Positions 39,375 through 48,814 of a DNA stretch of 64,000 nucleotides are shown here, piece after piece. A program made the position numbers and the translations under genes. This stretch comes from Patescibacteria group bacterium (GTDB taxonomy: Bacteria; Patescibacteriota; Patescibacteriia; GWA2-46-9), in assembly GCA_041660005.1 (NCBI GenBank), contig JBAZXG010000004.1, positions 5,720 to 69,719 of the forward strand. The letters run 5' to 3'. Numbering within the stretch: the first letter of the stretch is position 1; each line of letters starts with the position of its first letter. The notes beneath the pieces are model-generated. The model was not told the DNA's origin. It did not search any database and worked only from the letters and a program-made list of their open reading frames with translations.

Positions 39375-41183
39375 TTAATTATGACGAGTTTTGATTTGTT
39401 CTTTCATCCGGTGAACAAAATCACCAAGCGTAATTACCAGTAATTCCTTTTCGCCTCGTAAACGAACTGCCAGCATAGTATTGTCTGACCATGAACCATT
39501 TTCCGGAATCTCTTTGTCGCCAATGACAAGAGCATAGGGTAACTTTTCCCCCGCAGCTTTGCGAATTTTATTACCAACCGTATCTCCGGTCTCGTCCACG
39601 CTTACGCGTACTCCTTTTGCTTCAAGGTCGCGAGCAAGATTTCGCGCTGCGACAAGATGGCTCTCCCCAACAGGAACAATGCCGACCTGCACTGGTGAGA
39701 GCCAAACGGGAAACGCGCCAGCAAAGTGTTCAATGATGATACCGATGAAGCGTTCCATTGAACCGTAGATGACTCGATGAATGGCGACAGGTATCTGTTT
39801 CTTACCTTCTGCGTCAGTATAGTGAAGATTAAAACGGCGCGGCTGTTGAAAGTCTAATTGAATTGTTCCCATTTGCCACTCTCTTCCAAGAATATCTCGC
39901 ATGAGAATATCAATCTTCGGACCATAGAATGCACCGTCCCCCTCAAGAACAATGAACGACTTACCACTATCAACCAATATCTTCTTAAGAGCTGCCTCAG
40001 CTTGATCCCAGGTTGCGACGTCGCCCATAAACTTTTCAGGACGGGTGCCCAGTCGGTATGAATATTCAAGACCAAATATTGAGTAAAAACGATCAACAAT
40101 GCTCATCACTTCGGCAAATTCTGCAGCAATCATGTCTTCTGATACAAAAATATGCGCGTCATCCTGTCGAAATTCACGCACGCGCAATAAACCATTCAGC
40201 GTGCCAGAAAGTTCATTACGATGCAAAGTGTCCGTGTCAGACAGACGGAGAGGCAAGTCGCGATAGCTATGCCCACGCGAACCAAAGACCACCATAGCAT
40301 TCGGACAATTCATGGCCTTAACACCGTATTCTTCACCTTCATCAGTTTTAGCAACAAACATATCACTCCAGTAGTGCTCGTAGTGCCCAGAGATTTCGTA
40401 AAGCTCTCGCTTGTTCAGCATTGGCGAAACGATTTCTTGATATCCGCGCCGACGATGCTCTTCTCTCCAAAACTGAACCAGCTCATTATAGACAATCACT
40501 CCTTTCGGTAACCAGTACGGCATGCCGGGAGCTGTTTCGTGAAACATGAAGAGATCAAGTTCTTGACCTAATTTTCGATGATCCCGCTTTTTTGCCTCTT
40601 CGACCATCGTCAAATACTGAGATAACTCTCGCGCAGTCAGGAATGCCACACCGTACACACGCTGCAGCATCTTATTCTTCTCGCTCCCCCGCCAATAAGC
40701 GCCGGCTAGTTTCGTCAGGGTAAAAGCGCCAATGTCGTGAGTCGTTTTAACGTGCGGCCCTCTGCAAAGGTCAACGAACTTTCCGGTTTCGTAAACCGAG
40801 GTGATTTCTTTAGCGCTCGGATCAATATCGAACACAGCGTCCGGGTCAACTTTGGTCGTGCCTTTGTCTCGGAGCGCCTCAAGTAATTCAACTTTATATG
40901 GCTGATTCCGTTCACCAAAAAATGCAATGGCCTCGGCAATCGACATTTCTTTGCGAATGTATGCTTCTCCCCTTTTCTGAATTTCCCGCATTGTCGCTTC
41001 TATTTTTGGAAAGTCTTCAAACGAAAGCGAGACCGGCAAATCAACATCATAATAAAATCCATTCTCAACAACGGGGCCAACGCCAAACTTTGCCTCCGGA
41101 TAAAGTTCCTGGAGAGCTGCCGCAAGTAAATGCGCGGTGGAGTGTCGCATAGTGTCTACTGCCGATAATTCTTGTTTAGACAT
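39375..41183 (-). CDS. thrS: Threonyl-tRNA synthetase, lacking the N-terminal TGS domain.
   Basis: Starts in the N2/editing domain (HSTAHLLAAALQELYPE...GPVVENGFYYDVDLP), then the class II core and the anticodon-binding domain. 602 aa. Confidence 0.9.
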   Translation of the reverse strand: MSKQELSAVDTMRHSTAHLLAAALQELYPEAKFGVGPVVENGFYYDVDLPVSLSFEDFPKIEATMREIQKRGEAYIRKEMSIAEAIAFFGERNQPYKVELLEALRDKGTTKVDPDAVFDIDPSAKEITSVYETGKFVDLCRGPHVKTTHDIGAFTLTKLAGAYWRGSEKNKMLQRVYGVAFLTARELSQYLTMVEEAKKRDHRKLGQELDLFMFHETAPGMPYWLPKGVIVYNELVQFWREEHRRRGYQEIVSPMLNKRELYEISGHYEHYWSDMFVAKTDEGEEYGVKAMNCPNAMVVFGSRGHSYRDLPLRLSDTDTLHRNELSGTLNGLLRVREFRQDDAHIFVSEDMIAAEFAEVMSIVDRFYSIFGLEYSYRLGTRPEKFMGDVATWDQAEAALKKILVDSGKSFIVLEGDGAFYGPKIDILMRDILGREWQMGTIQLDFQQPRRFNLHYTDAEGKKQIPVAIHRVIYGSMERFIGIIIEHFAGAFPVWLSPVQVGIVPVGESHLVAARNLARDLEAKGVRVSVDETGDTVGNKIRKAAGEKLPYALVIGDKEIPENGSWSDNTMLAVRLRGEKELLVITLGDFVHRMKEQIKTRHN

Positions 41184-41220
41184 ATATTTGTAATACGCCG
41201 TAAGCTTTACGCTATACGTA

Positions 41221-41256
41221 AAAATAAAAAACCCAAAACCAAATAATGGCCTTGGG
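41221..41256 (-). terminator. Intrinsic terminator inside the thrS leader (the attenuator).
   Basis: 10-bp stem with two G-U pairs, a UUAUU loop, and a U-tract of at least 11 of 12 nt. Confidence 0.65.
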
Positions 41257-41460
41257 GTCCTAACATCGTGTCAGGACGGTTCCACCCAAATTCCCTGCTG
41301 TAGGCACCCTAAGTAAAATCGAAGGGCTACCCCTAGCCAGGCACTCAATAATCTGTCTCTGGGCTTAGTCCTGATAAGGAACACCGAATTCGATGTACGG
41401 TCGTGGTAAGACCGTCAATTACCCAAGGAAACTATACTTCCAAAGGAGAAAAAGCGTCAA
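41221..41460 (-). promoter_or_regulatory. T-box riboswitch-like leader of thrS. A promoter, a stem-I-like region, the antiterminator with the canonical 7-nt UGGAACC bulge, and a competing intrinsic terminator.
   Basis: Read on the minus strand: promoter TTGACG-18-TATAGT at plus 41431-41460. T-box-like sequence AAUUUGGGUGGAACCGUC at plus 41275-41292, against the consensus AAUUAGGGUGGUACCGCG. Antiterminator A1 is UUUGGG pairing with CCCAAG, the bulge is UGGAACC, and A2 is GUCCUGACA/UGUUAGGAC. The terminator is CCCAAGGCCA-UUAUU-UGGUUUUGGG followed by UUUUUUAUUUUU, 39 nt before the thrS ATG. A conserved AGAGA element and a hairpin with loop UUACCAC (Thr codon ACC plus A) occur upstream. Confidence 0.6.
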
Positions 41461-41461
41461 G

Positions 41462-42583
41462 TTATTCAAAACGAACCTGAATTTTGTTAGGTAACCGGGG
41501 TAAGTGCTTTTGCCAGTAGGGCGTCAGCTCGACATTTACGCTGTCAACACCTTCGAAGTTCATTAAAAACTGTTTCACCTCGTTCGGCGTAGCGCCAACA
41601 AAATTAATTGGAGAAAATACGGAACTGGTTGTATCAAGATTTGCTCCGACCTTCGCGCGTCCGCTCACTACAGCCGTTCTCGCCACGGGGTCATAATTAT
41701 CAATTGCATAGTGCCACTCGGTGTCGCTGACCGTCACGCCACTACCTGCTGTCTCTTTAACTCTTTCTTTCAATGCATTCTTACTAAATGCCGCTGCAAT
41801 AACTTTCACTTTCATGGAAACAGTAAGGGCTGCTGCCTTCTCCCCAACTTTACTCGAATCTGTCTCCTGAATGACTTGCGTTATAAAGTCGGCGTCGGTA
41901 AGGTCCCCGCTTGCCACTTGGGCAACATCAGCACTTTTCACGGCGTCAATGGCACGACTGAGTAAGGTTTGCTTTGCGTTCTCTAAATCCTGCTCACTAA
42001 CTGCCCGCACTGCCGCCCCACCTCGAGCCATGGCGCTATTTGACGTCGCATAAATCGAATTCTGTAAACTTGCAGAAAGACCGGGTATAGTAAAGCGGCT
42101 CGGACCAATGAGGAAGCTATCGTCAGTTCCATCTGCTTCTACAACTGCAGTCACTTCACCTTTGGCAGGAACTCGGACCGCCTGCTTTAACCGAAAAAGT
42201 ATGTTATCAGCTGTGAGCAAACGTGTAGTTTCAACAAGCGGCTGCGGCCTGTCGGTAGTGTTGGTAATAGTTACAACGCCACCGGCCTTCGCTGTTGCCT
42301 CAGTACCACCAGGCAGCAGAAAAGTGTCAGAAACGTCTTGTGTGGTTTCTAAAAAGGTAGCAGGTATGTTTTTACTGGGTATGTTTTGTCCAATGGTTTC
42401 TTCGGCTAATATGGCCTTGTAAACCACTTCTCGCTCGACCGCATGACGTCGAACAACCACAACCGCATGGGATAAAGTCGTATAAGCAATAAACAGCAAC
42501 AACAAAACCGTCAGCACGACGAAAGTGATGGCGATGTTTCTCAAAACTTTTGCTTTGTCCGGCATCAAATCAAATTCCCCCAT
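41462..42583 (-). CDS. Hypothetical membrane-anchored protein with a large extracytoplasmic domain, possibly with YbbR-like repeats.
   Basis: Single N-terminal TM (IAITFVVLTVLLLLFIAYTTL); repetitive beta-rich sequence; no diagnostic motif. Confidence 0.4.
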   Translation of the reverse strand: MGEFDLMPDKAKVLRNIAITFVVLTVLLLLFIAYTTLSHAVVVVRRHAVEREVVYKAILAEETIGQNIPSKNIPATFLETTQDVSDTFLLPGGTEATAKAGGVVTITNTTDRPQPLVETTRLLTADNILFRLKQAVRVPAKGEVTAVVEADGTDDSFLIGPSRFTIPGLSASLQNSIYATSNSAMARGGAAVRAVSEQDLENAKQTLLSRAIDAVKSADVAQVASGDLTDADFITQVIQETDSSKVGEKAAALTVSMKVKVIAAAFSKNALKERVKETAGSGVTVSDTEWHYAIDNYDPVARTAVVSGRAKVGANLDTTSSVFSPINFVGATPNEVKQFLMNFEGVDSVNVELTPYWQKHLPRLPNKIQVRFE

Positions 42584-42629
42584 ACAGAAGCATCATAGCA
42601 AATACACCGAAATTTAACTAGAACCCACC

Positions 42630-45600
42630 TCAAGACTCTGCTTCTGGCTCCCGACGCCGAAACTGCAAGCGCTCCCAACGCTTCACAATGTCAGGTAGAC
42701 GCTGTGAATCTAAGGATTCAACAGCATCGGCAATAATCTGTATCTCGCCGTCCCTTTTTGATACCTTACCTGCCAAAAGCACGACATTGTCCGGCTCCCA
42801 AACAACTGGGTTCTTTTGATAAGTACTCGGAAATACAATGATTTCTGCACTGGTTTTTGCGTCAGAAACTTTGACAAAACACATGGGGTCGCCCTTCTTG
42901 GTCGTAATGCGTCGCACGGTCTCTATGACAACCCCGACACCAATAACGTCATCACTGCGATAATACTGTAAATGATCAAGAGGAACCGTGAAAGGTAAAA
43001 TGGCAGCGGAAAACTCCTGCAGGGGATGCTCAGTTACATAAAGCCCCAGTAACTCTTTTTCCCAGGTTAAGCACTGCTTGGCATCAGCCGCAGGTACCTC
43101 TTCCAGCGTCAAAGCAGAAGGCGCATTCACACTTGCTCCAAACAAAGTCGCCTGCCGACTAGCAGCTTCCGAAATGGCAGCACGGTTATAACGTAACAAG
43201 TTTTCTGAACTGGCGAGCAAGCTTTGACGTTCGCCCCACTCGTCAAGGCAACCCGATTTAATAAGACTTTCTAAAAAGCGTTTATTGAAATTCTTCGTTT
43301 TCATTCTGAGCAAAAAATCTGCCAAAGAAACAAACGGCCCGTTTTTTTTACGCTCCTCAATCAAAGCATGGGCAACATCTTCGCCCACATTTTTAATGGC
43401 CAAAAGTCCAAAACGAATATGATTTTCATCTAACCAAGTAAAATGTTCATGACTCTCGTTGACATTCGGTGGTAACACATCAATACCCATACGACGGCAC
43501 TCCTCAACAATTTCAGAAACCTTATCAAGATTGTTACTCTCTGCCCTGAGGACAGCCGTCATGTAAGCGCAGGGATAATTTGCTTTCAAATACGCCGTTT
43601 GGTAGGCAACAATGCCGTAGCTCGCCGCGTGTGCTTTGTTAAAACCGTAAGCGGCAAATGGTTCAATGAGCTTCCACAGCTCCTCTGCTTTGGGGCCGGC
43701 GAGGTTACTGGTGCGCATACAACCGCTAATAAAGCGCTCTTTCTCGGCAGCCATTGCTTTAGGAATTTTCTTACCCATAGCTTTTCGCAGTGCATCAACC
43801 TCTTCCCAACTGTAACCCGCAATCTCGATGGCAATCAAAAGCACATCGTCTTGGTAGGTTACGATGCCGTACGATCGATCAAGAATCGACTTCAGTCGCG
43901 GGTCAAGATACTGTACGCGGCGAGGATTATTTTTTCGTTCAATATACTCAGGAATATTACTCATGGGGCCAGGCCGGAAAAGTGCCACCATGGCCATGAT
44001 GTGGTGAATAGTGGTGGGACGAAGATCCTTTAGGTAACGGGTCATGCCGGATCCGGAAAGCTGAAAGAGGCCTACGGTTTCGCCTCGTGCCAATAGTTCA
44101 TACGTTTTTTTGTCGTCCAAGGGCAGGTTATCTAAAAATATATCTACACTATATATTTTTTTAATGAGCTTTACGGCACTACCTAAAATAGACAGGTTGC
44201 GGATGCCCAAAAAATCCATCTTCAGCACGCCAATATCCTCGACAGCGTGCATTTCATATTGGGTAATGATTTTTTCCCCACCAGCTTCACGCTGCAGTGG
44301 CATGTAGTCAACGAGCGGCCCTGGGGTAATCACGACACCTGCAGCATGAACTGAAGCGTGGCGCACACATCCTTCTACCTTGCGAGCGAGGTCGAGAAGC
44401 CGATTAACTTCCGGGTCAGTATCGTACATTTTCTTTAACTCCGGTTCTATGTCGAGGGCGTGGTCAATAGACATAGGAAAGCCCTGCGAACCGAAAGGAA
44501 TTGTTTTTGCCACCTTATCGCACAAAGAGTAAGCGTAACCCAGCACGCGTCCGATATCGCGCACTGCCGCCCGGGCTTGCAACGTTCCAAAGGTAACGAT
44601 TTGCGCAACCCTATCTTCACCGTATTTTTCTTTAACATAAGCGATAACCTCATCTCTTCGATCATCGGCAAAGTCCATATCGATGTCTGGTGGGGTCGGC
44701 CGCCATTCATTTAAAAACCGTTCAAATGGAAGCCGATAGGTCAACGGGTCAACCGTAGTAATACCTAAACTAAAAGCAACGAGAGACCCTGCGGCAGATC
44801 CGCGGGTTGTTGCCACAATCCCCTGCGCCCGCGACCAGTTAGCAAAATCAGCCACAACCAGAAAATACGTGGCGTATCCTTTTTTCTTAATAATATGCAA
44901 CTCATACTGAAGCCGCTCTTCAGCTTCAGAAGAAATTTCTCCAAATCGCTCCCGCAATCCCTGATAAGCGCTCTCCTCAAGGTACTCATCAGCGGTTTTT
45001 CCGGCAGGAATCTCAAACTGCGGGAATATCCAAGTACCTAACGTGAGTTCAACATTACAACGGTCGGCTATTTCAGCAGTGCGCAAAACTGCATCATGAT
45101 CATCGGGAAACGCCTTCATCATTTCTTCTTCACTTGCAAAATGCAGGTCGGTGCCGGTCATGTTCAGTCGCTTGGTATCACTAATGAGCTTGCCGGTCTG
45201 TACGCAAACGAGAGCGTCCTGCGCTTCGGCGTCGTCCGTGTCGAGATAATGACTGTCTTTTGTTGCGACTAACTGCACACCGGTCTCCTTTGCTAAACGC
45301 CGCAAACCCGTGTTTGCTTTTGCTTGTTCGGCTAATAAGGGGTGGCTCTGTATCTCCAGGTAAAAATTATGTTCACCGAAAATTGATCGATAAACCTCCA
45401 CGGTATTTTTAGCTGCCTCGTAATCGTCGCGCAGCAACGCCTGAGAAACCTCTCCTCCCAAACAACCAGAGAGCGCGATAATTCCCTTTGCATACGTACG
45501 CAGCACCTCGCGGTCAACACGGGGCTTATAGTAAAAACCCTCCAAATGAGCAATGGTAACGAGCTTTAAAATATTATGATAACCCTCCAAATTCTCTGCC

Positions 45601-45875
45601 AGCAACGTTAAATGAAATGCACTGTCGTCAATGCGTGGCCGTTTATCGGAAAGACGATTCGGCGCCACATATGCTTCAACGCCAATAATGGGCTTGATAC
45701 CCGCCTTTTTGGCGGTCTTATAAAATTCAACAACGCCATACAAAACCCCATGATCAGTTATGGCTAAGGCGTCCATACCAAGTTTTTTTGCACGCGCAAC
45801 TAATTCTGGAATTTTCGGCAATCCATCAAGCAAGCTGTAATGACTGTGCGTGTGGAGATGAATAAACCGCGGCAT
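42630..45875 (-). CDS. dnaE: DNA polymerase III alpha subunit.
   Basis: PHP domain N-terminus (HLHTHSHYSLLDG...ITDHG), polymerase core and OB-fold. 1081 aa. Confidence 0.95.
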   Translation of the reverse strand: MPRFIHLHTHSHYSLLDGLPKIPELVARAKKLGMDALAITDHGVLYGVVEFYKTAKKAGIKPIIGVEAYVAPNRLSDKRPRIDDSAFHLTLLAENLEGYHNILKLVTIAHLEGFYYKPRVDREVLRTYAKGIIALSGCLGGEVSQALLRDDYEAAKNTVEVYRSIFGEHNFYLEIQSHPLLAEQAKANTGLRRLAKETGVQLVATKDSHYLDTDDAEAQDALVCVQTGKLISDTKRLNMTGTDLHFASEEEMMKAFPDDHDAVLRTAEIADRCNVELTLGTWIFPQFEIPAGKTADEYLEESAYQGLRERFGEISSEAEERLQYELHIIKKKGYATYFLVVADFANWSRAQGIVATTRGSAAGSLVAFSLGITTVDPLTYRLPFERFLNEWRPTPPDIDMDFADDRRDEVIAYVKEKYGEDRVAQIVTFGTLQARAAVRDIGRVLGYAYSLCDKVAKTIPFGSQGFPMSIDHALDIEPELKKMYDTDPEVNRLLDLARKVEGCVRHASVHAAGVVITPGPLVDYMPLQREAGGEKIITQYEMHAVEDIGVLKMDFLGIRNLSILGSAVKLIKKIYSVDIFLDNLPLDDKKTYELLARGETVGLFQLSGSGMTRYLKDLRPTTIHHIMAMVALFRPGPMSNIPEYIERKNNPRRVQYLDPRLKSILDRSYGIVTYQDDVLLIAIEIAGYSWEEVDALRKAMGKKIPKAMAAEKERFISGCMRTSNLAGPKAEELWKLIEPFAAYGFNKAHAASYGIVAYQTAYLKANYPCAYMTAVLRAESNNLDKVSEIVEECRRMGIDVLPPNVNESHEHFTWLDENHIRFGLLAIKNVGEDVAHALIEERKKNGPFVSLADFLLRMKTKNFNKRFLESLIKSGCLDEWGERQSLLASSENLLRYNRAAISEAASRQATLFGASVNAPSALTLEEVPAADAKQCLTWEKELLGLYVTEHPLQEFSAAILPFTVPLDHLQYYRSDDVIGVGVVIETVRRITTKKGDPMCFVKVSDAKTSAEIIVFPSTYQKNPVVWEPDNVVLLAGKVSKRDGEIQIIADAVESLDSQRLPDIVKRWERLQFRRREPEAES

Positions 45876-46052
45876 AGCTATAAGAGCCTGCTCACAATCT
45901 CGCGGTACCCGTCCTGAAAATGCAGGTTTTTGAGTGAAAAACGAGACGGAGCGCGAAGCGTAATGGTGTTACGGTAAGTGCGAGACGAAGTTTTGTAGCC
46001 AAAAACATAGCATTTTAAGGGTGGGGGAAGATGTTGAACGGGCTCTAGGAGA

Positions 46053-46073
46053 CGAAAACCCCGCTTTACGGGG
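46053..46073 (-). terminator. Weak terminator-like hairpin after the small membrane gene 46108..46425.
   Basis: ccccg-cttta-cgggg with a UUUUC tract on the minus strand. Confidence 0.3.
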
Positions 46074-46107
46074 CAAATGGCTTCCGTCAAATGACACGCC
46101 AAATGGT

Positions 46108-46425
46108 TCATGCTGACGTATTTTTCTTACCCTTTTTTGTGGTAGTGCGTCGTGAGAACGGTTCGCTCCGCGCCATCAAAAAAGTAGCCACCCTGCCGAC
46201 GCCGTCAACCAATAACTGTAGTGAAGAGCTGGCGTGCTCTGCCTTATCACCAATCAATTTTACAAAACGATCGATAGCGGCGACGCGATCACGAAAATCC
46301 TCAAAGGTTCGGTAAACACCTCTCAGCAGCATGGCAACATAGTAGAGAGACCAGGAAATAAAAATGGTCAGCCAAAGAACGCAAAATGCAATTACGATGT
46401 AAAGAATGTCACTGCTCGTATACAT
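46108..46425 (-). CDS. Small membrane protein, hypothetical.
   Basis: 105 aa, one or two TM helices near the N-terminus. Downstream of pheT. Confidence 0.4.
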   Translation of the reverse strand: MYTSSDILYIVIAFCVLWLTIFISWSLYYVAMLLRGVYRTFEDFRDRVAAIDRFVKLIGDKAEHASSSLQLLVDGVGRVATFLMARSEPFSRRTTTKKGKKNTSA

Positions 46426-46429
46426 AAAT

Positions 46430-48799
46430 TTATTGACGAATAATTATATTGCTCTTACTGAGTGCTTTGCCAATGCTCTCCTCAACCTCTTGAACTTCGG
46501 TAGCGTTTAACGTACGGTCAGCGGCTCGCAATGTCAGATGCAAACTGTAACTTTGCTTACCCTCCCCGAGTTGCGATCCTCGGTAAATATCAAAAAGCTC
46601 AACCCTTTCAAGGAGCGGCGAGGAGTGGCGCAGAAGATCTACAATGTCACTATAGCGAATGTCATCGGGCACCACAAGACTGATATCTCGTTTCACTTCG
46701 GGAAATTTTGGCAAAGCAATAAACGGCACCTGGCCGACTCTCGTTACGATTGGACCGACTAGTAGTTCAAACGCCGCAATCTGCGCCGTTACCCCCAATG
46801 GTTTCAGAAATGCAGGAGCAAGAATACCGAGAGAACCTACTTCCCGACCGTCGATCTCGACGACCACAGAAGCACCCTCGGCAAACGGATACGGCGCTCG
46901 TTCGCGAAACGTTACCGCAATGCCGTGTTCTTGTATAAGAGACTCGATAACTCCTCGAACAGCACGATATCTGTCTTCGGGTTTACCTGGTAAAATTACG
47001 ACACCGGAAAGACGAACTTCTTCGTGACGGTAGGAATCAATAATTTCTTTACTTTTTTTACCCGGTATATAGACCGTGGCCATTTCAAAAATTTTGAAAG
47101 CTTCGCGATTCGCAAGATTTTTTTCAACAATTTGAACAAGTGATGCCAAGAGGCTTGGTCGCATGTACACCAACTCATTGTTGAGCGGATTACTGATTTT
47201 AAGTGCCGCAAACTCCTTCACCTGAAGCGCGTCAAGCATTTTTTTACTGATGAGAGAGTAACTATAGGTCTCGGTGAAACCCATAGCGAGCAAATGCTCT
47301 TTGAGGCGCGTTTCGGTATCCAGTTGGTCGCCCCCGAGTCCCCTACTAATCACTGGCGGCGGTAGAAGACCGTCAATGTTGTGATACCCATAAAGACGCG
47401 CAACCTCCTCAACAAGATCCTCAGGGCCTGCAACATCGTGATCCCTCCAGTAAGGCACGCTCACCACAAACATCGTTCCACTCTTCTTCACACCAAAGCC
47501 AAGGCGACGAAGCAATTGATTCACAGTAGCCGCCGGAATAGTAATACCGAGAACACGGCTAATTTCAGAAAGAGGAAATTTAATCGTTAACGCGCGCTTA
47601 GCAGGACCCTTGAGGTCAAACATACTTCCTCGCTGTTTTCCGCCAGAGATGCTAAAGCAAAGATCAACAGCACGAGCAAGAGCAATTGGCGGCGCTTCGG
47701 TCGAAAGACCTTTTTCAAACAGTCGCGAAGCGTCGGAAGAAAGCTGAAGCAAACGGCTCGTTTTTCTGACCGTGATCGGATCCCAAGTTGCGGCCTCAAA
47801 TAGTACATTGGTCGTTTTGTTCGTAACCCCGCTCAGTTCTCCACCCATAATCCCGGCAATATCAACGGGTCCGTGATTGTCTGCATTAACGAGCTCTCCA
47901 CCATTCAAGGTATGTGTCCGACCGTCCAAGGTTAAAATACTTTCACCTTTTTTCGCACTACGAATGACCAGATCTCCTCTGAGCGCGTCGGCATCAAAAG
48001 CATGCAGTGGCTGACCAAACTCGAGCATCACATAATTTGTGATGTCTACAATACTATTAATGGGACGAACTCCTGCACGCATCAGCCGTTCTTGCATCCA
48101 GAATGGAGAGCTCCCAACTTTTACGCCGGCAACAAACGCGGCGCTAAAACGTTGACAGCGCTTACGGTCGAGGACGCGGATATGCAGTGGTAAGCTCCCC
48201 TTGCCCGCCGCACGAGAAACTTTGGGCAACTTTAAGGGCTTGCCTGTTATGGCACTCACTTCACGCGCCACACCAACGACAGAAGCAATGTCAGGTCGGT
48301 TGGTTGTTGGTTCGACTTCAAGAATATCATCCTCGGTTACTCCGTCAGCGGTTATCGGTTCTCCAAGACGCGCACCTGGATGCAGTACCAAAATAGTTCG
48401 ATCATGCTCCCGTAATCCTAGCTCGCTCGCGGCACAAAGCATTCCATCTGACTGAACGCCCCGCACACTACGAGACTCTATAACGACACCCCCGGGAAGC
48501 ACGGCGCCCGGTAAAGCCAACGGCACCTTTTGACCAACGGCTATGTTCGTTGCTCCGCACACAATTTGACGCACGCCACCGCGACCTGTTGTTACGGTAG
48601 CGATTTGTAACTTGTCCGCATTGCCATGGGGAACAATCTTAATAATTTCTGCAACAATCACTTTACTGAATTCATGGCGCGAGTGTTCGATGCGATCAAT
48701 TGAAACACCGTGCAAGGACAGCGTCGCCGCCAATGTTCTCGAATTTTTAGGAACGTTAACGTATTCCTTGAGCCAGCTGTAGGGTAACTTAAAAATCAT
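46430..48799 (-). CDS. pheT: Phenylalanyl-tRNA synthetase beta subunit.
   Basis: 789 aa. N-terminal tRNA-binding domain (MIFKLPYSWLKEYV), B3/B4, B5 and FDX-ACB-like C-terminus. Confidence 0.9.
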   Translation of the reverse strand: MIFKLPYSWLKEYVNVPKNSRTLAATLSLHGVSIDRIEHSRHEFSKVIVAEIIKIVPHGNADKLQIATVTTGRGGVRQIVCGATNIAVGQKVPLALPGAVLPGGVVIESRSVRGVQSDGMLCAASELGLREHDRTILVLHPGARLGEPITADGVTEDDILEVEPTTNRPDIASVVGVAREVSAITGKPLKLPKVSRAAGKGSLPLHIRVLDRKRCQRFSAAFVAGVKVGSSPFWMQERLMRAGVRPINSIVDITNYVMLEFGQPLHAFDADALRGDLVIRSAKKGESILTLDGRTHTLNGGELVNADNHGPVDIAGIMGGELSGVTNKTTNVLFEAATWDPITVRKTSRLLQLSSDASRLFEKGLSTEAPPIALARAVDLCFSISGGKQRGSMFDLKGPAKRALTIKFPLSEISRVLGITIPAATVNQLLRRLGFGVKKSGTMFVVSVPYWRDHDVAGPEDLVEEVARLYGYHNIDGLLPPPVISRGLGGDQLDTETRLKEHLLAMGFTETYSYSLISKKMLDALQVKEFAALKISNPLNNELVYMRPSLLASLVQIVEKNLANREAFKIFEMATVYIPGKKSKEIIDSYRHEEVRLSGVVILPGKPEDRYRAVRGVIESLIQEHGIAVTFRERAPYPFAEGASVVVEIDGREVGSLGILAPAFLKPLGVTAQIAAFELLVGPIVTRVGQVPFIALPKFPEVKRDISLVVPDDIRYSDIVDLLRHSSPLLERVELFDIYRGSQLGEGKQSYSLHLTLRAADRTLNATEVQEVEESIGKALSKSNIIIRQ

Positions 48800-48814
48800 A
48801 AAATCATGCAGTCG

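Noticed and set aside
41260-41310. Possible SRP (4.5S) RNA domain-IV-like sequence (GUCAGG...CAGCAGGGAA) in the thrS upstream spacer.
   Set aside because: Neither strand reproduces the GGAAGGAAGCAGC / GCAGG consensus. The same nucleotides fit a T-box antiterminator (UGGAACC bulge, A1/A2 helices, competing terminator) much better.
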